Origin: Savitreella phatthalungensis
Lineage: Eukaryota
Assembly: GCA_051599415.1 (NCBI GenBank)
Contig: AP039714.1
Coordinates: 124,001-188,000 of the forward strand
Direction of reading: 5' to 3'
DNA: 64,000 nucleotides
Positions within the stretch are counted from its first letter, which is position 1. Every line of letters starts with the position of its first letter. This document shows, piece after piece, positions 1 to 11,083 of the stretch. The position numbers and the translations under genes are program-made. Below the pieces are notes generated by a model. The model made no database searches and had not been told where the DNA came from. It saw only the letters and a list, made by a program, of their open reading frames with translations.

Positions 1-464
1 CCTTCGCCTGCAGCGGACTTGCCACCGAGCCAGGGCGCCGTCGTCGATGCCTTCCTGCCGGCATGGGCGATCTGGAGAGCGACAACGGTGTTCTGCGACT
101 TGATGAACTCGGCCACCCGCCGCATCGGCTCGATCTGGGAGTCCTTCCACAACCCGACATCCTCAGGCGTAATCCGACCTTCAGGCTCCACAGCCGTCGC
201 CTCGATGAACACCAGACCAGCACCTCGCAGGGCGTACGACCCAACATTCACAAGGTGCCAGTCGGTCATGTGACCATCGTGCGCAGAGTACTGGCACATC
301 GGTGCTACCCAGATCCGATTGTGGATCTTCAGTCCACGAATTGTCAGAGGACGAAACACAGCAGGCAGGTGAGAGCCATCGGAGACAGTACCCGCAGGCA
401 CGGTCTGAGCGGGCGTGTAGTAGGAGATACCCTCTGCACCCTTGTTGATTGTCGACCACGACAT
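1..464 (-). CDS. NADH:flavin oxidoreductase / Old Yellow Enzyme (YqjM-like), N-terminal part; runs off the left edge
   Basis: Manual translation from ATG at 464: MSWSTINKGAEGISYYTPAQ...VFRPLTIRGLKIHNRIWVAPMCQYSAHDGHMTDWHLV...FIEATAVEPEGRITPEDVGLW...LQIAHAGRKAS. These are the YqjM-class OYE motifs (PMCQYS, EATAV.PEGRI, QIAHAGRKA). Absent from the ORF track because there is no stop in the window. Confidence 0.95.
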   Translation of the reverse strand, partial: MSWSTINKGAEGISYYTPAQTVPAGTVSDGSHLPAVFRPLTIRGLKIHNRIWVAPMCQYSAHDGHMTDWHLVNVGSYALRGAGLVFIEATAVEPEGRITPEDVGLWKDSQIEPMRRVAEFIKSQNTVVALQIAHAGRKASTTAPWLGGKSAAGE

Positions 465-513
465 CTCTACAGCTAGAACTTTACTGGACACTCGATCTGC
501 TGTCTACGGCTAC

Positions 514-520
514 ATTTATA
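514..520 (-). promoter_or_regulatory. Putative TATA box of the OYE gene
   Basis: TATAAAT on the minus strand about 50 nt upstream of ATG 464. Confidence 0.45.
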
Positions 521-2674
521 CCCGTTCGCCAGCGTGGAGAAAGTCGAGAAGATATTAGTAAGGCTTTGAATGACGGTATTGCCGGTGCATCCGCGCAATC
601 ATCTCCACCAGCTTCGAATTAGCCTTTATGAATGCAAGCGAGCGAATCGAGTGATCTTACTTCCGTCTGGGGTCATGGTTGATTGGCAGTGGGTGGACCA
701 GTGGAAATTGAATATTTTATGCATCAACAGAACCCACACAGCAGGGCATAGAAAAAGAGCCGAGGATATGCCATTCATGCATTCTACCAACCAACGCAGC
801 ATGTCCATCTTGAGTTTTCCGAATGCAGCATGGTCATTGTCAGACGATTCAATCAATCACCATACTTTAAGATACATTAGAAAACTTCGGTCAACGGAAG
901 TCATCAAAAGTCCGAGGCCGAGGTCAAATTCTAGTATATAATACACGTGCATGAACTCCTCCTTTCTCTAGCTACCCTGCATGTAACATCCAAGATAGTC
1001 GATTGAACCTGTCGAATATACAAGTAACGAAAGAGCTGGCAGGCATACCTCTCTCCCCTATTTCCCAGAATTCAGAAAACACATGAGGCAAAAGATGACC
1101 TCGGAAGTCCTCACTTGCGCATACAACATCTACTTAAAAAAAAAACTTCCTCTCTCCTTGCCCCTCGCCCTGGTGAACCTGACTCACAAGCAAAAGAGTT
1201 AATCTCCTATTACCCGATTGACAATCATCCGTGACATATTCAAGAGGATTACACGGTGTGAGCACTCAAGCAGATCGGATCACAGAACAATCTTTGGAGG
1301 CTAATGGAATACCGCTGTCTCGAATTGCTCACGTGAGCAGCATTCAGTATCGCCCTGCCTGTATCTGCCTTCTGGAATTCCACCTTCTATCGGTCAGCTG
1401 CAACGCCACTCGACCAAGACTGAAACTTCCCTGCATGCATAAATCACCATGAATGACGTCAATAGCTAGTTTGCTGCTTTCAGTGCCGTGATCACACGAT
1501 CTCTGCCCATCAATCACAGGATCCCCGACCCAACGTCTTCTATGTTTCTGTGTTTCAGAGTGTTTCGACCTCTGACCGAGCGAGCAGGAATCCCAATCAT
1601 TGGCGATCTCCCCAACAGAATCATTCAGGACTCGTGACCTTTCCCAAACGATACAAAACATGGGTGACCTGACTTTGTAGTTCAGTCTCAATGCAATTAA
1701 AGCGTGATCGTTTATGGCTGCGGGCGACAAGCTGGCTTTGAGTCTGAGCCTGGCTCTAGCATCGCACGTTCCTCAAATCGCCTCACAAGCCAGGTCACAC
1801 GCTCTGCTCAGTAAAAAAGCTCTGAGTCGGCTGTTTCAGATGCATGTGTATATATATACCAGACTAGCCTACCTTCCACTACAGCTCAACACCATCGCTT
1901 CATGAACTGCTCCTAATCCTCGGGAAGAATGTCCTAAAGCAGTGGCCTACCATGGCAGAGAGAACGCTAGGAATCGTCGCGAAACGCGCTGACGCTGCAA
2001 AAGGGTGGAAGGTCAAGCGCCTGACAAAGCACAAGTACGATCATGCTCGAACGTTTTTGAGCACTTGGCATTCGCCCTGTTTGCTGCGTCGACGCGCTTG
2101 GCGACGACCTTTCGCGTCTTCTCCACTTTGACCACTCGTTGAGGGCGTTTGGATCGCGGATGTTATAAAAGGCCTGGCGCCTTCATGCGGCAACATCTGC
2201 AGCGCTTCCTAACAGTGCTTGTGCTGTCTGGTAGGCCAAAGCGTCAGTCCCGTCGAGTGCGGCGTGCATCGCCAGGTAGGTGTAAGGCTCTGGCGGTTTG
2301 AACTGGGTGCCTGTTTTGCGGTTCCGTGCACTCGTGCCGAACGAGCCGGATGGGGATCTCGCTTCCGCACAGTACCTGCGCTTGATGGAAGAGCTGTCAT
2401 GCTGGCCTCATGGCCTTAGGACACATTGTTGTCATCAAGATCAGTAACTCGCCTCAGGGCAGTGGTCGCCACTCAGTAGGCATCCGGCGTGCGCTATGGC
2501 TGTGCAGAGAGCTGTGGCTGTGTAGTAAACAAAAACAAAATCAACGGAAGTTTATGACAGCGTTTGAAGTGCACGTGAACACTGGAAAGTGTACACTCAG
2601 CAGGTGTTACAGAAGAGACTTCCTTTGACACATCAGGACACGTCACATTCTTTTGTCTTCGCCTCTTGTGGGTC

Positions 2675-5365
2675 ATGGCGTCTTCGAGCGACGGCGACAA
2701 GCCGCCAGGGACGCCACGATTTGGACAGACCTCCCGCATCGAGTCTCCGCTTGTCCAGCGATCCAATGACCCGCACAGGAAGCCAAAGCAGCAGTCTGGG
2801 ACAGGTAGTATCTTCATCCAGCGCAAGCCCCACGCGCAGCCTTTCAAGCCAGGAAGAGGACCGATCGATACGACAGAAAACAAAGACAGACAAGTGTCCG
2901 GACAACGACAGTCCGCGGCCAGACCAGCTGCACAACAACCAGGACACTCCTCACAACCATCACAGCCTAATCACTTTGTGCCGCTACCCGTGAACAGCGA
3001 TGCTTGGAAACAGCGGTCGCAGCTACCGTCCTTCAAGAAACATCCTTCAGTAGCTGCCACTCCCGGCAGATCATCCGGCCCTGCAGACTGGATCCGCACT
3101 CCACTCCAGCCCCCACAAGCTGCACCTGCGACCTTTTCACCAGAGTGGACGCGCGGGACCAAACCTTACAGGCCACCACAGCCACCGCCGATGTTCTCCC
3201 TGCAGTCGCGCGAGCTCGGCAAGCAGAGCTCAGCAGTGCGCCACGGCAAGTCTCCCGTACGCCATCCACCGATGCAGCACGGCGCTCCGAAGCTCGAGTC
3301 GGTCACAGAACCTTACGTCGACCCTGGCAAAGCCACAGACAGTCTCAAGAGCTTCTTGGATGCCTTTGTCGGGGACAAGGACGGCAGCAGCAGCAACGAT
3401 AGCAGCGACAGCGACAGCGACGAAGACGGGTCTCGACAAACTGTAAGATCCGTGCAGAAGCGCGAGAACGACGCGTCGATCGTGCCAGGTCTCTCATGCA
3501 CGCTTCTGCCGCACCAGATAAAAGGACTCCGGTTCTTGCAATCGCGCGAAGCTGGCAAACTGAAGCACGGCGGCCTTCTCGCCGACGACATGGGCCTCGG
3601 TAAGACAGTCCAGACGATCGCGCTGCTAGCAACGCGGCCGCGCCCGCAGAATCTGCATGAGAAATGCATCAGGACGACGCTCGTCGTCGCACCCCTGGCC
3701 TTGATTGAGCAGTGGGCAGAGGAGATCCGCAGCAAGACAATCGACCTCAAGGTCTACGTCCACCACGGACCGTCGCGTCTGAGAAACGCCCGGCTGTTCG
3801 GATCGTACGATGTGGTGGTGACGACGTACAACATCCTGACACAGGAGCACAAGGGCGAACGTGACTTGTGCGTGCCTGACGGCGTGGACGATGGCGTGAT
3901 CTACGACGACCGGGGATGTTTTGGGGTTCGTTGGTGGCGGATTGTGCTGGATGAGGCACACACGATCAAGAATCGGTCTGCTAAGATGACACAGGCAGCA
4001 TACGCGCTCCGTGCCGTCAAGCGTCTGTGTCTGACGGGGACGCCAATCCAAAACGCTGCAGACGATCTCCAATCACTCCTCAAGTTCATCCGGATTTCCC
4101 CAGCAGACGGACCCGCCTGGTGGAAGGAGAAAATCTCAGAACCGATCGCCAGAGGCAACGTCGCCACAGCTATCAAGCGCCTCCACGTCATCCTCAACGG
4201 TGTCATGCTGCGTCGGACAAAGGCAGTCCTGATGGCTGGTGACCCACAGGAGCACTCCAAGGACAACACGCCTTCCTCTGGCGGGTCTCCGGTGAAAGAA
4301 GCAGATCGACTTGTGTTGCCACCGCGACTGACACGCCACCTGCTAGTCGACTTCAGCGCCCCCGAGCGTGCTTTCTACGACGGGCTGGAGCAACGAGCTG
4401 ACAGGGCGCTCGATCGGATGAAGCAGTCTGGTCAAGGTGTCGGGTACATGTCAGTGCTGGTGCTGCTGCAGCGGCTCCGGCAGGCGTGCAACCACGCACA
4501 GCTTGTCACGAAGGAGATCGACCTTGCAGAGTACCGCCCTTCACCCATGTCGCCGAAGAAGCAGAGTCAGAAGGCAAAAGAAGAGAGCGCGAAGGAACTA
4601 GACGACCTAGCAGCACTCCTCGGCGCAGTCACCGTCACCGACACCCAAAAAACCAAAACCCTCTGCTCCATCTGTCTAGCACCCTTCACTCGCCAATCCC
4701 CAAACACACCATCCTGTCAAGACTGCACCGCCGCCGTCACCAATTTCACAGCATCCGCCAACACCATCACTCACCGAATCGACCCCTCAGCCAAGATGCA
4801 CCGTCTACTGGACCTCCTGCGTGACGTCCACGACGATGCTGACGGCCAAGGACGTCGACCTCATGTGCGAGGACCCGGTCGAAAGACGATTGTTTTTTCA
4901 CAGTGGACGTCGATGCTGCGGCTGATTGGGTTAGGCTTGGAGGATGCTGGGATCCCGTACGGGCTGTACCACGGTGGGATGTCTCACGGTGAGCGCGAGG
5001 AGGCCCTTCGTGAGCTGCGTGTGCGAGAGGCGGGGTTTGTCCTGCTGACGTCGCTGCGGTGTGGGGCAGTAGGGTTGAATCTGGTGAGCGCGTCACGCGT
5101 GGTTCTGGTCGATCCATGGTGGAATCCTGCAGTCGAAGACCAGGCGATCGATCGTGTCCACAGGATAGGCCAGACCGCAAGCGACGTCAGGGTCTACAGG
5201 ATCACTGTCGCAAACACAGTCGAAGACAGGATACTCAAACTACAACAAGCAAAGAGAGCGCTCGCCCAAGACGCTCTAGCACCAAATCAACAACACCAAA
5301 CGCTCATCAAGAGAGATGCGAAGCTCAAACTGGACGAGCTCCTCAATCTCTTCGCTCACGGGTAA
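2675..5365 (+). CDS. SNF2-family ATP-dependent DNA translocase, Rad5/Rad16-like subfamily (resembles S. pombe Rhp16b type)
   Basis: LLPHQ; GGLLADDMGLGKT (Walker A); IVLDEAH; LTGTPIQN; LRQACNH; FSQWTSML; GLNL; DPWWNP; QAIDRVHRIGQ; short Cys cluster between the two lobes. First ATG is at 2675. Confidence 0.93.
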   Translation: MASSSDGDKPPGTPRFGQTSRIESPLVQRSNDPHRKPKQQSGTGSIFIQRKPHAQPFKPGRGPIDTTENKDRQVSGQRQSAARPAAQQPGHSSQPSQPNHFVPLPVNSDAWKQRSQLPSFKKHPSVAATPGRSSGPADWIRTPLQPPQAAPATFSPEWTRGTKPYRPPQPPPMFSLQSRELGKQSSAVRHGKSPVRHPPMQHGAPKLESVTEPYVDPGKATDSLKSFLDAFVGDKDGSSSNDSSDSDSDEDGSRQTVRSVQKRENDASIVPGLSCTLLPHQIKGLRFLQSREAGKLKHGGLLADDMGLGKTVQTIALLATRPRPQNLHEKCIRTTLVVAPLALIEQWAEEIRSKTIDLKVYVHHGPSRLRNARLFGSYDVVVTTYNILTQEHKGERDLCVPDGVDDGVIYDDRGCFGVRWWRIVLDEAHTIKNRSAKMTQAAYALRAVKRLCLTGTPIQNAADDLQSLLKFIRISPADGPAWWKEKISEPIARGNVATAIKRLHVILNGVMLRRTKAVLMAGDPQEHSKDNTPSSGGSPVKEADRLVLPPRLTRHLLVDFSAPERAFYDGLEQRADRALDRMKQSGQGVGYMSVLVLLQRLRQACNHAQLVTKEIDLAEYRPSPMSPKKQSQKAKEESAKELDDLAALLGAVTVTDTQKTKTLCSICLAPFTRQSPNTPSCQDCTAAVTNFTASANTITHRIDPSAKMHRLLDLLRDVHDDADGQGRRPHVRGPGRKTIVFSQWTSMLRLIGLGLEDAGIPYGLYHGGMSHGEREEALRELRVREAGFVLLTSLRCGAVGLNLVSASRVVLVDPWWNPAVEDQAIDRVHRIGQTASDVRVYRITVANTVEDRILKLQQAKRALAQDALAPNQQHQTLIKRDAKLKLDELLNLFAHG

Positions 5366-5470
5366 GAGATCGTCTGGAATTGACAGAAAGTAATGATGTA
5401 ACGAAATGTACGTACAATGAATGAAGAAAGAAAAAAAGGAGGTGGGTTTGGGAAGTGTTGTGAGGTGAGG

Positions 5471-7090
5471 TCACTCGCCGGAGAGGTATCTTCTGAGGAA
5501 TCGGCGTGCCGTCAAGAGACCATCGAGTATGTTGTGGTCTGGTCCGTCTCCTGGGGTGAATTTGGCGTGAGCGAAATCGATCAAGCGACACGAGCAGAAT
5601 TCCACTACATCTTCTTCCTCCTCCTCCAACAAGTCATACGCCTTGTCCTCCTCGATCGTCTCGTCAATCTCGACGTCGATGGTTGACTTGGGCTCGTGAG
5701 GGTGTTGGACCGAGTGGAAGGATTGCTGGGAGATGCCGAGCTCGTGGCGGATCTCTGCGGCCGGTGGGAGGTTGTGCTGGATGCGTGGTGAGGAGGAGGT
5801 GGTTGTGATGGAGTGGTCGTAGGAGGTGTGTTGGGTTGAGAGTGCTGGTCGACGGAGTGGAGTGTGGTCGTCGTCCTCTTCGTCGTCTGCGCGGGAGGAG
5901 GCAGGCGCTGTGCTCTGGGAGGGCGGATGGCCGGTGGTGGGAGGGTGTGAAGGCAGGGATGGTGGACGGAGACCGTGACCCAATTCGTCACGGATGATCT
6001 GTCGACCTTCGTCCTCGATCGCAGTGTTCAGCGCAGCCTGGTCGCCCTCGTACACAAACAGGAGCGAGGGCGAGTAGATCCTGCAGTCTGTGTCCTGGAG
6101 GGCGGCGATGCAACGTTGGACGTCTGCAAGCATGCGCGACGCGATCAGTCGTTTCTGCTCAGGTAAGATACACGAGTCAAAAAACCCGAGGATGCCGTCC
6201 GTGTACACGGTCGTGGTGTCGAGCGTCTTGCCCCAGTGGCGATCCTGTTGGTGCCACCCACCGCGCTCCGTTCCCGACCGCCACACCCGCATCCCAGCAA
6301 TCCGTACACCGAGCGAGCCTGTTGTGGTTGACGCTGCTACCTTTGCGAGACGCTCCTGCTTGGCCTTCGGCGCGTCCGGTGATGTTAGCGTCCGGCCTAA
6401 TTTGAGGTCGAGAATGCATGGTTTTGTGTAGCCGTAGACGAGGTTCTCGAGGACGACAGCGCGTTCGTGGGACGATTGTGGTGGAGAGTAGGCGTCTGGG
6501 TCGACGGGTCCCTCGGTCGCGGTTGCGGCCGCTTTGGCTGCGAGTGCTTCGCCAGCTTCGATTCCTTGCTGTGCAGCTTGCCGCTGGACTTCGGGTGGAG
6601 CAACGAGCATGCCAGCTGCGTCAGGATGGATACTCGCTATTGTCTCTGGCGTCTTGAGCTCGAGCACGCCCATGAAGGCAGGCATGCAGTCTGCCAGCGC
6701 CGGTGCCTCTGAAAGACATCGCTCGTACCATGAGATCTCCTGATCCGTGCATGGCTTGATAACGATCAGGCCGTTCTCGTCGGAAAGGACACCGTCATGA
6801 CCGGCGACTTGAGCACCAAAGGGAACAAATCGCGGCTTTGTACCATCCCAGGAACCGCTGCCTAGAAAGCTGCCACTGGAGAGGTTGCCGCCTGTGCTGT
6901 CGGAGGAGTTCTGATGTGTGAGAGAGACTTCTTTGATGGTGGAGACGTCAGGAAAGAATGAGTCAACCGGTGAATGAGTCGAGGCATAGGATGGAGAGGC
7001 ATTATCTGTGGGTGAGAGTGAGGTAGGCGGACCTAGAGGGGCATTTAGAGCATCTGGAGTATCTGTAGTATTTGGAGCTTCATTTGGCAT
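5471..7090 (-). CDS. IPK2: Inositol polyphosphate multikinase (IPK family, Ipk2/Arg82-like)
   Basis: QVAGH; PCILDLKLG (PxxxDxKxG); SLLFVYEGD; LIDFAH...GPDHNILDGL. Confidence 0.85.
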   Translation of the reverse strand: MPNEAPNTTDTPDALNAPLGPPTSLSPTDNASPSYASTHSPVDSFFPDVSTIKEVSLTHQNSSDSTGGNLSSGSFLGSGSWDGTKPRFVPFGAQVAGHDGVLSDENGLIVIKPCTDQEISWYERCLSEAPALADCMPAFMGVLELKTPETIASIHPDAAGMLVAPPEVQRQAAQQGIEAGEALAAKAAATATEGPVDPDAYSPPQSSHERAVVLENLVYGYTKPCILDLKLGRTLTSPDAPKAKQERLAKVAASTTTGSLGVRIAGMRVWRSGTERGGWHQQDRHWGKTLDTTTVYTDGILGFFDSCILPEQKRLIASRMLADVQRCIAALQDTDCRIYSPSLLFVYEGDQAALNTAIEDEGRQIIRDELGHGLRPPSLPSHPPTTGHPPSQSTAPASSRADDEEDDDHTPLRRPALSTQHTSYDHSITTTSSSPRIQHNLPPAAEIRHELGISQQSFHSVQHPHEPKSTIDVEIDETIEEDKAYDLLEEEEEDVVEFCSCRLIDFAHAKFTPGDGPDHNILDGLLTARRFLRRYLSGE

Positions 7091-7688
7091 GTCTCGGGCG
7101 GCCTATCCTCGCGCGCGCGCCCAAATCAGAAAGAGGAGAGTGAGGGATTGAAGAGGTGTGTGTGACCTTGTGGAAAGGGCTGGAAGGAAGAAGGTGAGAA
7201 AGAGCGCGAAGGTTGAGGTGGAGAGGAAGGCGACTTGTTGAGCGAAGATGAAGAGTTGGATTAGGTGGATGTGCGTGAAAGAGTAGTCTCCACTTCTACT
7301 ACGTGATATCGCAGTCGATCTGTGCTACCAAGCGCTACGTCTTTGTGATGACGCTGATGGAGGAGGATGTTGTAGGTGCGAGGATGTAGTGCCTGTGGTG
7401 TAGCCTGTCAACCTTATTTTTCTCCTTCGTACGAATGAACTCCACTCTGACTCGCTTAGATAAAATTGATCCCTCTCACAGGCCCATGGGTTACACTACA
7501 CTTCAACACTTCCCCACGACGATGACGACGACGACAAGCTCTAGACTGATTGATGAGCTGTCGAGAATCTCTGTGGTGTGGTCAAGAGTGAATAATCAAG
7601 TTATACGTCATGCAAAGGGGATGTTGTGATCTACGTTTGGAGGTCATCGGGACGTTGAACATAGGAAGAAGATGGAAAGGGGTAAGGA

Positions 7689-9188
7689 TTACTTGCCTGC
7701 CACCTTTCTGAAGAGCGCCTGAGCGAGCGTTACTGAGGGTTCGTCGACTGCACGCATTGTGACTTCAGCCCAGAAGAGGGAGAAGGGGATGAGGAATGCT
7801 TGACAGATCCAGAATCCGAGTTCTGCGCCGTAAGGTCCCCACTGTGGTAGAGGGAAGAGGTCATTGTACATGGTCAGGTCTGGGTCGTGGAGTGGATTGG
7901 ACCCTGTGGCAGCGTAGAGTCTTGCGCCGAGTGTCCAGAGGATGGGTCCGTGTGTGAGGTAGAAGGAGAACGAAACTCTGCCGAGGTATTGGCACATAGG
8001 TCCGTTGAAGAGATTGTGCGTCCAAGGGAGGAAGACTACCGCTGTCGTCACACACACGCCCGCCCACGATAGCCAATACACGTTGAACTCGCCCTCGCGA
8101 TAGGTAGTGGGCATGAGCTTGGCAAAGAATGACCAAACGGGAGTCGTGTCCATGACCTGAATGCCTTCTGGGGTGTGTGGCTGGCCGCCGAGGAAGAGGC
8201 CGAACAGGAGGAGGAGGTTGCAGAAGAAGGAGGAGGTTGCTAGATTAGTGACCCAGCGTGGGATCGCCTGTGACTTTGCTCTCACCAGCAAGTCCAACTC
8301 CGCGAGCGTCTGACCCCAGATGAAGCAGAAACATGCCCAGTTGCCCATGTGGAGGAAGTAGACAGAGAGAATGGTGGAGAGGATAAGACGGGCTCTGATC
8401 TTGATCCTTGCAAATGCAATCAGGAGCGCGAACGTCACCATACTGCCCTGATACTCGACGGGCAACGACCATGCTGGGAAGTTGTATGCGAAGATGGGGA
8501 ATCCTCTGTCCCTGAGGACGAAGCTCCAGCCCAAGAAGTCCGAGAAAAAGGCCCTGATTTCTGCGGCGTACGACGACTTTGGCTCAGGCCATCCTACCTT
8601 GACGCCAAAGATGTGCCATGTGCTCATGTAGATGAACGAGCAGACAATTACGGGCATGAACAACCGGACTCCGCGCCTGAACATGCCCGAGCCGATGTTG
8701 ATGCTTGCGGCGTCGTACTCGCGCGCGTGCATGAGTGTCAGTGGTTTGCGAGCGAGGACGAAGCCTGAGATGACGAAGAAGATGGCCACGCTGAAGTGTC
8801 CTCCTGAGAAGATCGTCCTCACGTACGGCAAATTGATGAATCGATACTCGCCCTTGTACCCGTAGCCGTGCTCAATCGGCCGGTTGTCTCCTCCGTGTGC
8901 GCCGAGGACGTGGTGACCGAAGTACACCAGGAATGCAGCCACACCACGCAGCCCATCCAAGTATGCTGTGGACCGTCTGCCGTGGCCGCTACCGCTCCCG
9001 CGCTGAAGGATTTCCGGCGTCAGAATGTAGTGGAAGTACTCTGGCCACGTCCGTGCACGCGCATGTGTATGTGAGGCCGCCTGCACACCGGTTGCCGACG
9101 GCGGCGGAGGTGGTAGGAGAGCGTTGACACTGCCAGTCTCGAGATCATGCCCACCGACCAATACGCCCTTTTCGGAATCGTCCGTCAT
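7689..9188 (-). CDS. Acyltransferase-3 family polytopic O-acyltransferase
   Basis: YLDGLRGVAAFLVYFGH; VAIFFVISGFVL; RRGVRL; WSLPVEYQGS; YLGRVSFSFYLTH; multiple TM segments. Confidence 0.9.
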   Translation of the reverse strand: MTDDSEKGVLVGGHDLETGSVNALLPPPPPSATGVQAASHTHARARTWPEYFHYILTPEILQRGSGSGHGRRSTAYLDGLRGVAAFLVYFGHHVLGAHGGDNRPIEHGYGYKGEYRFINLPYVRTIFSGGHFSVAIFFVISGFVLARKPLTLMHAREYDAASINIGSGMFRRGVRLFMPVIVCSFIYMSTWHIFGVKVGWPEPKSSYAAEIRAFFSDFLGWSFVLRDRGFPIFAYNFPAWSLPVEYQGSMVTFALLIAFARIKIRARLILSTILSVYFLHMGNWACFCFIWGQTLAELDLLVRAKSQAIPRWVTNLATSSFFCNLLLLFGLFLGGQPHTPEGIQVMDTTPVWSFFAKLMPTTYREGEFNVYWLSWAGVCVTTAVVFLPWTHNLFNGPMCQYLGRVSFSFYLTHGPILWTLGARLYAATGSNPLHDPDLTMYNDLFPLPQWGPYGAELGFWICQAFLIPFSLFWAEVTMRAVDEPSVTLAQALFRKVAGK

Positions 9189-9730
9189 TGTACGCGCTGC
9201 GCTTCCCTCTGCCTCGCGTCTCCTAGAGTGAGGGGTTTTGTAGACCTGTCACAAGCTGATTTCCTCGAGGTTTAGACGCGTACAGATAGTCTACTCCGAT
9301 GGATATCCGCAGAGATGGAGTAGAGGAAGTATAGTGAATGTACAGATGACTTGGAGACGCGTATGGCGGTCTGCGTCGACGTCTTTAGCCAATGTCTTTG
9401 GGTTTTCTTGATGCCTTGTTGTGTATGTCGTGAGGATTTATGTTTCGATCCCCGCACAACAAACTGACCGGGAAAGAAGATAGGATAGCACAGAGACAGA
9501 CAAATGAGCAAAATGCAGAATCCGAGAACACAACCCTAGATGGAAGTGTTACGAGGATGATGGGAAAAGGACCCTTTTATAGACGCTGTGGATCAATCAG
9601 TCAGGCAGGACGTACAAACGTGCAGTATGGATGAAGGATGGACGATTGCGTGTGGATTATCAGATGCATGAAGGGGATATGATTTCAGTTAGAAGGATCT
9701 GTCCACGGGTTAGTCATCAGATCGTCCTCT

Positions 9731-11083
9731 TTAGTCAAGCGCATCCATCTCAGGTAGGCCGTCATCATCGTTGATGGAGTCAAAGTTGTCGTCATGGTCA
9801 TGGTCATGATTATCGTCATAGTCGTAGCAGTGCTGGTCATTCATGAGGTCAGCCGGCGTCTGGGGCGTCTCAGCCATCGCCGGGGTTTCACTTCGTTCGG
9901 TCGTAGTCGGGATCGCTGGTCTAGAGGTCTCGAGAGCAAGGAAAGTCGCCTGCACCTGAGCTTGAATGTCGCTGTCAGTATTCTGGCGACGACGTTTGTG
10001 TTCATGCTGGTAGAAGTTTGGGTCGCTCTCTCGCTTTCGAACCATCTCGAGTCTCTTGTCCTCGTTTGCGTCGTCCAGCGCATCCTGCTCGGTCGTTTCG
10101 ATGACTTCTTGGGATGCCCTCTCGACGTCGAGGCCTGGCAAATCCTGGTCTTCCCCATTGTTCACAAGTCTGTCATCTTCCCAAACGGCACCGGCCTCAC
10201 GCAGCCTCAGGTACGACTGCATAGCCTCGCTCTCTCCAGAATCCAAGTGCAGATCCAAGCTGGAGACTCCAAGAGGGCTTTCGTGATCCCCGTCAGCACT
10301 GTACCCTTCGGAACTTCTGGTCGCCCATGGACGACGGATTTGGCAAATGACACTGCCTGCTCCGTGCCTTGCTTTGGCGACGTTGTGACGGTGTTCGAGT
10401 TCTCTGAGGAGATGCTGTGTGGGTGCTCTGCGGATTGCGAGCCTCTGGTTCTTTGCGTCTAGCTCCTGTGGGGTGTCTGACTCTGTGCGAAGCTGAGTGA
10501 GACGGTCTTGCGGTGTGAGCTGGCCGAAACCTTCTTGGATCCAGTGGTTGCCGTACGCCCTGCACTGAGCGACGATCGCCCTGAAGGCCTTGATCTTGCG
10601 GCCGTCGTCGTCTGCGAGCGAGCAGACGGTGTTGCCGTGACGCTGTGTGCACTCGACACACCCTTCAGCGCGTCTCCCGACCCTGACGCTCAGCGCCAGG
10701 CACTTCCCGCCTGCACGCACACACGACGTGCACCGGTCATTCTCAGGCACCGTGAACCAGAAGATTGGGTATTTCATCAGCTCGACCACCATCCCCCATC
10801 GTCTGTCGATTGGAGACTCAGAAGACAGCTCAATCTCGTAGAGGAACGACCTGCTCTGTGAGCGTGACCAGGATCGGAAGACGCGGGATGCCCAGTCGAC
10901 ATTCCACTCGCCAGGCAACAAGTCAAATGGCCGTCGTTGCTTGGATTTCTTCCACTTCTTATGCTTCTGCTTCGGTTGGGAGGACCGCTGTGGTGGAGCT
11001 GAAGATGACCATCTGGAAGCACTTCCACCACCTTGAGACGAGGATCCCACAGCAGGCTTACTGTCTTCCTGCGCAGAGCTCAT
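9731..11083 (-). CDS. Hypothetical nuclear protein with an atypical Cys6 (Zn2Cys6-like) cluster and an acidic tail
   Basis: 450-aa ATG ORF; basic NLS-like PKQKHKKWKKSK; CTSC-x6-C-x13-CVEC-x8-C; D-rich C-terminus. Confidence 0.7.
   Translation of the reverse strand: MSSAQEDSKPAVGSSSQGGGSASRWSSSAPPQRSSQPKQKHKKWKKSKQRRPFDLLPGEWNVDWASRVFRSWSRSQSRSFLYEIELSSESPIDRRWGMVVELMKYPIFWFTVPENDRCTSCVRAGGKCLALSVRVGRRAEGCVECTQRHGNTVCSLADDDGRKIKAFRAIVAQCRAYGNHWIQEGFGQLTPQDRLTQLRTESDTPQELDAKNQRLAIRRAPTQHLLRELEHRHNVAKARHGAGSVICQIRRPWATRSSEGYSADGDHESPLGVSSLDLHLDSGESEAMQSYLRLREAGAVWEDDRLVNNGEDQDLPGLDVERASQEVIETTEQDALDDANEDKRLEMVRKRESDPNFYQHEHKRRRQNTDSDIQAQVQATFLALETSRPAIPTTTERSETPAMAETPQTPADLMNDQHCYDYDDNHDHDHDDNFDSINDDDGLPEMDALD

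Noticed and set aside
465..2674. Short ORFs (60-130 aa) and a TATAAAA at 2164 followed by a 38-aa ORF in the OYE/SNF2 intergenic region
   Set aside because: No recognisable motifs or convincing splice model; no RNase P/MRP, SRP or snRNA signature seen
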